Assembly: GCF_009914755.1 (NCBI RefSeq)
Contig: NC_060937.1
DNA length: 64,000 bases
From: the human T2T-CHM13v2.0 reference genome, Homo sapiens
Reading direction: 5' to 3' (one strand)
The notes under the pieces: model-generated
Told to the model about the DNA's origin: nothing
What the model saw: the letters and a program-made list of their open reading frames with translations, nothing else
The model's database searches: none
Shown here: positions 55,140-64,000 of the stretch, piece by piece
How the letters are laid out: each line of letters starts with the position of its first letter
How positions within the stretch are numbered: the first letter of the stretch is position 1
Program-made: the position numbers and the translations under genes

Positions 55140-55600
55140 ACAGATGTTTATAAAGTATCACTCCGCAAATAATGTTAGTTACACTGAGGAGAAAGTGTAA
55201 CTCTACAGGTTAGAATACTGGCATAAACTACCAAATTCAAGTAACCAAAGTTAATATCTAATAATGAGACAAACCAATATCAAAGCCTTCTTAATATAAT
55301 CCACTAGACAGAATACAGCATCACTTCTATCACATGCTTGTCAAAAAATACATAACTGTAATATAATCATGAGGAAATGCTAGACTGCTCCACATTGGGG
55401 AACATTTTGCAAAATAACGCCCTGTGCTTTTTCAAAAAGATTAAGGTAGGTAAAGTCAATGAAAGACTAAATTTTTGCAGATTAAAAGAGAATAAAGAGA
55501 CATGAAACTGAAGGCAGTATGTTATATCAGGTTCTTGAATACAGGGTTTATTCTGTTTTTTTTTTTTTTCTCTAAAGGACATTAATGAGACCAACTAAAG
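55140..55600 (+). mobile_element. L1MC/L1ME 3'UTR relic
   Basis: gaatacagcatcacttct...aatataatcatgaggaaa...gggaacattttgcaaaataac...aaaggacattaatgagac. Confidence 0.7.
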
Positions 55601-56149
55601 TGACTCCAAATAAAAAGATTGTGATCTCATAACTGATTGAGACTGAATTGTAGAAATCTCAGAGTCTAATTTGGTGTTGGTTCTTCCCAAAGAAATTTTA
55701 TATTTGCTGCTACCTGGAAATAAGGTCACTTCTGTCTCCTTTCCATGTGTATGACATAAAGTAAAAAATTATTTTCTGCTTTTCTCACCTACTTCTGGCA
55801 ATACTAATTATAAAATTTTCCTTAGGCCCAGTCTGCATTTTGCTGATGAAATTAAGTTTCCAGATTTAATTGAATTGCAGTTATCATTTTTTTATTTCAT
55901 AGTTAAATTTATGTGCGTATTTTAAGACATTTTTCAAAGTTGTGAAGATACACTTCTGTATATTCTTACAAAACTTGTTAAATGTTTCATATTTATTTCT
56001 ATTACACATTTTAATTCAATATTTGTCTTTGGTTTTCAAGACAGAGAAGGGATTTTAAATTTTATAATAATTGTTAGTTAACAAATTCTCCTGCTACCCA
56101 TTCATAGGTGCTGGTAGAGGACTGAAGATCCCTGGCTCAGAGAAAAAGA

Positions 56150-57057
56150 AGCTTTATTATTCCTAGCAAATGCCACAGACATATTATCAACATTTGCTCC
56201 CGTGAATGCCAGGGTTTCTTGGGGGAGGGAGGCAGAAATCAATAGAAGAGAATACTGGCTTTTTAGACAGTGAGACTCTTCTGTATGATACTGCAATGAT
56301 GGATCCATGTCATGATACATTTGACAAAACTCACTTAACTTCACAGCAAAGAGTGGAACCTTAATATTTGCAAATTAAGATGCATCATTTAAGAAGTCAA
56401 AGGATTGTAGGACAAAGTGCAGAATGTGCACAAAGAAATTATAAATGAGTAACAAATGCATGAAACAGTATCCATGGAAAAGGTGGTGGCAAAGGTAGTG
56501 GCCTAATTAACTTGGAAAATGAGTGGGTTCTGTAACACAAAAGGCAAAAGGAATTGTACATAAGCAAAGTATTCTAGTCAATAAAATTTGTTCCTTTGGG
56601 AATATGCGTGCTGATACTGCTAAATATGTTAACAGGAATTGAACAATTAAGTAAATGGATGGTAGCTGGTAAGAGCTAGGTTTCTAACTGTTGGAATAGT
56701 AGTTTAGAGATAAGCAAGGGGCTACACTGGTTCATGTGGTAATGGACTAGAGTTGAAGACAACAGTATGAAGTCATGTTTTGCTTAATGTAGATAAAGAT
56801 GGTTACATATAGAAATGTTATTATACAGGACTTAGTATACATACATATATCTCTGTCCTCTGCCAGTTCAAGGAAATGAAATAAATAAAAACTCAATGGC
56901 AATGGGCTCACCTAACACAAAAATCTTGGTTTATAATACTATTGTCCAGTAAAAGACACCAGATGTCCTTAGAGAAATGGCTAATTCTGGGACTTGGGCT
57001 GGACATATACAAGATAAACTCTGAGTCACAAAGCAAAGAAGGTCTAAAACACACACA
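56150..57057 (+). mobile_element. L1MC3-like 3'UTR fragment
   Basis: ttttagacagtgagactcttctgtatgatactg...gaacaattaagtaaatggatgg...gagaaatggctaattctgggacttggg. Confidence 0.75.
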
Positions 57058-57225
57058 CTTTGTCCACTTTTTAATATGGTTGTTTGTTTTTTTTCTTGCA
57101 AATTTGTTTAAGTTCCTTGTAGACTCTGGATATTAGACTTTTGTCAGATGGATAGATTGCAAAAGTTTTCTCCCTTTCTATCATATTGTTACTTGTTACT
57201 GCTCTATTTAGGTTTGGGATTTCTT

Positions 57226-57707
57226 TATTTTTATTTTTCTTTTTTTATTTTATTATTATTATACTTTAAGTTTAAGTTTTAGGGTACATGTGCACAATGT
57301 GCAGGTTTGTTACATATGTATACATGTGCCATGTTGGTGTGCTACACCCACTAACTCATCATTTAGCATTAGGTATATCTCCTAATGCTATCCCTCCCCC
57401 ATCCCCCAACCCCACAACAGTCCCCAGTGTGTGATGTTCCCCTTCCTGTGTCCAAGTGTTCTCATTGTTCAGTTCCCACCTATGAGTGAGAACATGCGGT
57501 GTTTGTTTTTTTGTCCTTACGATAGTTTGCTGGGAATGATGGTTTCCAGTTTCATCCATGTCCCTACAAAGGACATGAACTCATCATTTTTTATGGCAGC
57601 ATAGTATTCCATGGTGTATATGTGCCACGTTTTCTTAATCCAGTCTATCGTTGTTGGACATTTAGGTTGGTTCCAAGTCTTTGCTATTGTGAATAGTGCC
57701 GCAATAA
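57226..57707 (-). mobile_element. Young L1PA (L1PA4-like) 5'-truncated 3' end nested in the older L1
   Basis: attattattatactttaag...ttttagggtacatgtgcacaatgtgcaggtttgttacatatgtatac...ttagcattaggtatatctcctaatgctatccc. Confidence 0.95.
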
Positions 57708-59599
57708 TAGTTCATTCTTGGTAGGTTGTATGTGTCTAGGAAGTTTTTCATTTCTTCTAGGTGACCCAATTTATTGGCATATAGCTGCTCATAATACTCT
57801 CTAATGATCCTTTTAATTTCTGTGGTATCAGTTGTAATGCCTCCTATTTTGTCTCTGATTTTATTTGTTTGAATCCTGTCTCTTCTTTCTTAGCCTGGCT
57901 GAAAGTTTGTCAATTTGTTTATTTTTTCAAAAAATCAATTGTTGTTTCATTTTTATGGTATTTTTTAGTCTCATTTTAATTTTATTTTTACTCTGATCTT
58001 TATAATTTATTTTCTTCTGCTAATTTTGGGTTGAGTTTTCTCTCATTTTTATAATTCTTTAAGAAGTATCATTATTTTGTATATTTGATTTTCTCTACTT
58101 TGTTGATGTAGATGTTTATTGCGATAAACTTCCCTCTTAATATTGCTTTTTCTGTTTCCTATAGGTTTTAGCATATGGTATTTCAAGAAATTTTTTAAAT
58201 GTTCTTCTTTATTTTTTCATTGATCCAGTGATTGTTCAGGACTGTATTGTTTAATATCTATGTGTTTATAGTTTCCAGAGTTTCTTTAATTATTGATTTT
58301 TAGTTTTATTCCATTGCAATCAGAAATGATATTATTTTAATTTTTTTGAAAATTTTTAGACTTATTTTCTGTGCTGACATATGGTCTATCATGGAGATTT
58401 TTCCATGTAGTAAGGTAAAGATCATCCAGACAGAAAATCAGAAAATAAATATCAAACTTAACTGGTATTATAGAACAAATGAGTCTAATAGACATTAATA
58501 GAACATATCATACAACAGCTGTTATTATTTTCTGATTTTCTATCTAGATGATCTGTCCAATGATAAAATTGTGGTGTTGAAGTCCCTAGTCATTATAATA
58601 TTAGGGTGTATCTCTGCCTTTAGCTCTAATAATATTTGCTTTGTATATTTGGGTGTTCCAGTGTTGAGCACATATATGTTTACAGTATTTTCATCTTCCT
58701 TTTAAGTTGATTCCTTTGTCATTATATAATGACCTTGTTTGTCTCTTTTTAGTTTATTTTTCTTGAAATGTGTTTTATCTCTTGTAAGTATAGCTATTTC
58801 TGCTGTTTTTTGTTTCCAATTTGCATGGAATATCTTTTTTTATTCCTTCATTTTCAGTCTATTTGTGTCTTTACAGATTAATTGGGTTTCTTATAGGCAG
58901 CATATAGTTGGGTTTTATTTTTTCTCCATTCAACCACTCGATGTCTTTTGATTGGAAAATTTAGTCCTTTAATATTCATTGTTATTACTGATAGATAAGA
59001 ACTTACTACTGCCATATTGTTACTTGTTTTCTATTTTTTGTTGTTGTTGTTGGTACTCCCTTTTTTCCTTCTTTCTTGTCTTCTTTTATATAAAAGTGAC
59101 TTTCTATGGAAGTATGTTTTAATTTATTGCTTTTTATTTATTATAGATTTTTGTTTTGTAGTTCCCACAAAGTAAAAAAAAATGACATCTTATAACAAAT
59201 GATTTTAAGCTGATGACAATTTAACTGTGATCACAAAGAAAGGAAAAACAAAATAAGCAAAGAAAAAAACTAAAAAGCTATACACTTTAAATTCTTCCTG
59301 CTTTCTGACTTCTTGTTGCTTCTATGTATATTTTAAAATATCATATGTCACTTAAAATTGTTGTTATTATTGATAGGTTTATCTTTTTTCCTACTCAGGA
59401 TATGAGTGACTTATACACCACAATTACAGTGTTAGATTATTTTGTATTTGTCTGTGCACTTATTTTTACCAGTGAGTTTTACACCTCCAGATAATTATTA
59501 GTTGCATGTAGCAACCTTTTCTTTCAGATTGAAGAACTCCCTTAACATTTCTTGTAAGACAGATCTGGTGCTGAGAAAATCCCTAAATACTTCTTCAGC

Positions 59600-59766
59600 T
59601 TTTTCCTTTCTCTTTTCTTTTCTCTTTTCTTTTCTTTTTCTCTTTCTTTCTCTTTCTTTCTTTCCTTTCTTTCTCTCTCTCCCTTCCTTCCTTCCTTCCT
59701 TCCTTCCTTCCTTCCTTCCTTCCTTTCTTTCTCCTTCCTTCCTTCTGTCCTTCCTTCCTTCCTTCT
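59600..59766. repeat. (TTTTC)/(TTTC)/(TTCC)n compound repeat within the L1 ORF1 relic
   Basis: Directly visible pyrimidine tract. Confidence 0.95.
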
Positions 59767-62569
59767 TGTCTGGGAACATCATTATTTTTCCTTCATGTTT
59801 GAAGGATAACTCTGCTGTGTTCACTATTCTGGGTTGGAAGTTTTTGGTTTTGTTTCCCTTCAGCACTTTGCCAAGTGTATGTATCAGAGCTCATTTTTAT
59901 ATTATTTGTTTGTTTTCTCTTGCTGTTTTTAGGATTCTTTCCTTATTCATGACATTTGAGATATTATATAGCTTGAGGTAATCTTATTTGGATTGAATAT
60001 GCTTGATATTCTTTGACCTTCTTGTAACTAGATATTCATACCTTTCTCTAGGTTCAGAAAGTCTTCTGTTGTTATTTCTAATAATATACTTTCTACCTCA
60101 CTCACTTTCTACAGCCTGATTAAGGCCAATAATTCTTATATTGGCCCTTTTGAGGCTATTTTCTAGATATTATAGGCATGCTTTATTCTTTTTGTCTATG
60201 TTTCTTTTTCTCCTCTTGCTGTGTAGTTTCATATAGTCTTTGAGTTCACTAATTCTTCTGCTTGACCAGTTCTGCTATAGAGAGGCTGATACATTTTTGT
60301 TATTCAATCAAATTTATCAGCTCCAGAATTTCTGCTTGATTTTTAAAAACTATTTTAATTTCTTTGTTACATTTCGCTGATAGAATTCTGAGTTTCTTCT
60401 CTGTGTTATCTTAAAGTTTGTTGAGCTCCTTCAAGACAACTATTTTGAATTCTCTATCTGAGATGTCGTATATCTCTGTCTCTCTAAGATTGGTCACTAA
60501 TGTCTTATGTAGTTTGTTTGGTAAGCTTATGTTTTCCTGTAGGTTCTTAATGTTTGTGGATCATCATTTACATCTGGGCATTGAAGAGTTTGGTATTTAT
60601 TCCAATCTTTGCAGTCTGGGCTTGTTTGTATTCATCTTTCTTAAGAGGACTTTCAAAGAATTCAAAGGGGATTGAGTGTTGTGACCTAAGCCTGTGGTCA
60701 CTGCAGCCATTTTAGCTCTAGGGGGTACCCTAAGCCCAGGAACAGTGAGACTCTTACAGGCTCCTAGAAATACAGCTTTGGTGGACTTGGATAAGATGAA
60801 AGAATTCCTTAGTTTACCAGGCAAAGTCTCTCACTCTTCTCCTTTTTTCCAAACAGAGTCTCTCTGTGCTGCATTGCATAGAGTTGGGAAAAGAGTGACA
60901 TGGGCTCTCTCATGGCCACCGTAGCTGGCACAATCCTGGATCACACGTGAAGCTCACAGCCTTCCGGATCAGCACAGTACTGAGGCTTGCCCAAGGCTTA
61001 TGGCCAGTGTTGCCTGACTGCTGCTGATGTTTAATCAAGACTGAAAGGTGCTTTAGTTAGCAGGCAGTGAAATCTTGCCAGGAGTGGGTTCATCCCATTA
61101 TCCAGTGGATTCTCTTCTGATCCAGAGTAGGACTAGAAATACCATCCAAAAGCAAAGGGCTGGGATTGGGAGCTTCAGAAATCTGCCTGATTCTTCATTT
61201 TACTGTGGCTGAGCTTGTCCATAGTTACAAGACAGAATCCTCTGGGTTTGTTTGTTTGTTTGTTTGTTTTCCCCTCTATTTTCCCCAACAGGAAGGAATC
61301 TCCTTGAGCTGCATTGCCTGGAGTTGGGAGAGGAGCTGCAGGCACTCTCATGGCCTTCACAGCTGTTGCCACACTGAGTCAAATCCCATGTCCACTGCCT
61401 CTGAGACCAGAACAACACCAGGGCTTGACCAAGGACTGAAGTTCCTGTTGCCTGACGGCTACTCACATTTATTTGGTGCCCCAGGCCACGTTAGTCAGCT
61501 TGTAGTGAAGCCACCTGGAACTTGATTTTCTGTCACTGGAGAGACGGATTTTCCTCTGGTCCAGGGTTGATGTAGATGTTTTTTTGCCATAGATGCCAGC
61601 AGAATTCTGCCCTGTATTGCATTCTGCTGTGACAGGGCAGCACTGAATGCCAATGCAAAGTCCCATACTCCCTTTGCTCTCCCTTTCCGAAGCACATGCA
61701 ATCTCTCTCTGCCCTGTGTTGCCTGGGATTCATGGAGGGGTAGTGCAGACAGTGCAAAATTGTCCTTCTTACCTTATTCAATGCCTTTTTTCTTGTTATG
61801 ATGTTATAACGAAGTACTTTGGTTGCTCAACTGATTTTCTGGTTCTTATGAAGGTGCTTTCTCGCCTGCTATAGTTGTTCAATTTGCTGTTTGTGTCAGG
61901 AGGCAAACATTGGAATGTCCTCTTCAGCTGTGTAACTCCACTTTCTCCTGTCCTTTCTCCTTTTAACCAACTAAATATGATCTCTTCAGAGTATATGGAG
62001 GAAAGGGTAAAAGGAAGTATATTCAGACATACTCTCCAAAGTATAGGGGGGGCCTCATTTCCCTGTGGTTGAATGTTTATCATTTGGAGTGATTTTTTGT
62101 ATAATAAAGCCATTGTCTTTTTACTGCTTTCTCACTTTTTCTGAGGGAAGTAGGGCTGATTTGACTGATGACGTTTAAAAAATGACTGGTGAAAATAGCT
62201 GTTTTTGTTGTTAGGTATACCTTCTGCAGAGCATCTTTACTTTGGCCTCTTCCTTCTATGTGAAAAATGGCTTACTTCTCTGTAGCAGTCCTATAGTTGT
62301 ATAACTGTGCAAATGATTCTATGTGGAAGTGTGTTCAACTTTTGAGATGAAGTATTAGCAAATTTGCTTGGCCATGATCTAAACCACATTTTTCAATCAC
62401 ACGTATCCAACATCTACTCTCCTATCGAGGTATAAATGACAAGAGAGAATGATTTTTTTATTACAGCAACTCCTCATAGTTCCAAATACTGCAAATGTTT
62501 CTACTTCGTTAATTACATTTATATTAATTTCACTTTTATATATTCCTTTTACTTTTTCTACTGTTTGCT

Positions 62570-62900
62570 TATTCACTCAATAAACAGTTACTGAGTGGTA
62601 AGCAAAATAGCCATATATCTTCTATTATAGAGCTTTGACTTATGGGGAAGAAAATGAAAACTTAAATAATATCAGAATGTTTATTTATAATTGTGGTAAA
62701 TACTGGTACAAAAAAGAATAGGGTTTTCTGATAGCTTATACTTAAGGAACTTTATTTGGATTGGATAAATCTGGGGTCAGGAGTGCTTCACTGGCAAAGT
62801 GATTTTCACCTGAAATCTGAAGAATGCATTGTTTTCAGAGCATCAAAAATAACATAGAGAGCATTACTTCTTTTGATCAGGACAGTATTCTCTAGGTTTA
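62570..62900 (-). mobile_element. L2 3' end relic
   Basis: attcactcaataaacagttactgag terminus; ggggtcaggagtgcttcactggcaaagtgattttcacctgaaatctgaagaatg. Confidence 0.7.
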
Positions 62901-62901
62901 A

Positions 62902-63110
62902 CAGAGGGATTGGCAAAAATTTTGCAATAAAGGCCAGATACTAAATATTTTTAGCTTTGTGAACCATATTGTCTCTGTTAATACTCAGTTCCATTATTGT
63001 AGCAGGAAAGCAGCGACCATTGATAATATGTAAGTGAATAAGTGTGGCTATTTCTGAAAAATGATTTACAAATAATTAGTGGTGTACTGAATCCTGGTTG
63101 AGCCTCATAA
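62902..63110 (+). mobile_element. MER58A-like DNA transposon
   Basis: gggattggcaaa...taaaggccagatactaaatatttttagctttgtgaaccata...tgtagcaggaaagcagc...gaataagtgtggct. Confidence 0.8.
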
Positions 63111-64000
63111 TATGTTATATTATTTATTTCTACTTTTTATAGAAAATATCTTTACATGAAACTTTTTAAATCAGGAATTCGCATCTTCTTGTGGTTTGTT
63201 TTGTTTTTAGTCTAAATGAATAACTGTACATATGTAACTTTTAAATTCCCTTTATTGATTTTCATCTATCTTACCATATGTATTAAAAAATATTTTATTC
63301 CGTGTATCTTTTTTCTCCCAGTTGTATTATTCTCAAGATAAATATCTTGTTTTCAGTGTCTTTGTAACAGTAATTGATCACAAAATTTAATGAAACATTG
63401 TCAAGAGAAATGTTTTCCAAAATGTGTCCCATGGAATACAGATCCCTCGAAATGTTATAAGATCTTGCATGTCAAATAAGTTTAGAAATCAATGTATGCC
63501 ACTGATTCCTAAATGCCAAAGAGTAACATTTTCTTACTGTGCAAAGAAAAAAATGAGATATATGAGGACTACGTGGTTAGATTTTTGTAAATGTAAATGT
63601 ATTTATTGTAAGACTTACTTTGAAGTTGTAGCTTTTCTGTATTTCAGAGGCAAAATGTACTATCTTTAAGAAAATGGTGTCAATAGCAGTTTATTTCATT
63701 AAATTATTTTAGCAAGGAAATGTTTTATAACTCATAAATAAACTTTAATTTCTGTTTCCAGTACATATCTCCCATATCTTATAATCCACTAAAAAATATA
63801 AGATAGAAACTTTGGGAATGCATTTGCATTTGCGAATTCTTTTAATACACTGATATTTAACAAATCAAAGCCAAAATATTAAATATGTGAGCTTATATAG
63901 ATGTTCTTTCATTAACTACTCACTTTTCTTTTCTGCCTCAATTCTTCTTTAGCCTTATTTACCTACTCTCCCACTTTGAAGATAATTTTCTTTATTGTAT

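Larger units (their letters stand above)
57180..61942 (-). mobile_element. L1MA-age element: 5'UTR, ORF1 and 5' part of ORF2, 3'-truncated
   Basis: L1M1/M2-like 5' end (tgaaggtgctttc...atagttgttcaatttg); ORF 59498-59866 gives KNFQPRI..AELSFKHEGKIMMFPDK...RDFLSTRSVLQEML (ORF1 C-terminal domain); antisense endonuclease-domain text at 57710-58990. Confidence 0.88.

Noticed and set aside
57183-59028. 16-mer CATATTGTTACTTGTT at 57183 and 59013 as a possible TSD
   Set aside because: Both sites resemble native L1 sequence, and they do not bracket a coherent element
60597-62113. Cluster of overlapping ORFs in GC-richer sequence suggesting a gene or CpG island
   Set aside because: Mostly explained by the L1 5'UTR; CpG-poor

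Overview
Primate (very probably human) AT-rich, CpG-depleted, gene-poor genomic DNA, either intergenic or deep intronic. I can support no protein-coding gene, RNA gene, CRISPR array or prokaryote-type system. The ORFs I could assign derive from Alu, L1, LTR or simple-repeat sequence, and the rest look like chance ORFs. The window is a layered record of transposition. It holds nine Alu elements or fragments, many L1 fragments (old L1M/L1ME, L1PB, an L1PA11-13-age element, an L1PA4-like 3' end), MaLR/ERVL/ERV1 LTRs, a truncated MER65-like provirus, L2/MIR relics, MER5/MER58 DNA transposons and microsatellites. The most notable signals are rearrangement footprints visible directly in the sequence. 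(1) A twin-primed L1 (41111-44712) also carries a 5'UTR+endonuclease-domain chimeric insert flanked by a 32-bp exact repeat, consistent with serial template switching. (2) A ~145-bp locally templated insertion copies 24336-24479 into the ERV internal region at 27887-28031. (3) A micro-inversion is bounded by 30-bp inverted arms (58419-58554). (4) An AluSp left monomer has its own TSD. Repeat subfamily names come from my recollection of consensus sequences and need RepeatMasker/Dfam confirmation. Boundaries of old elements are approximate.
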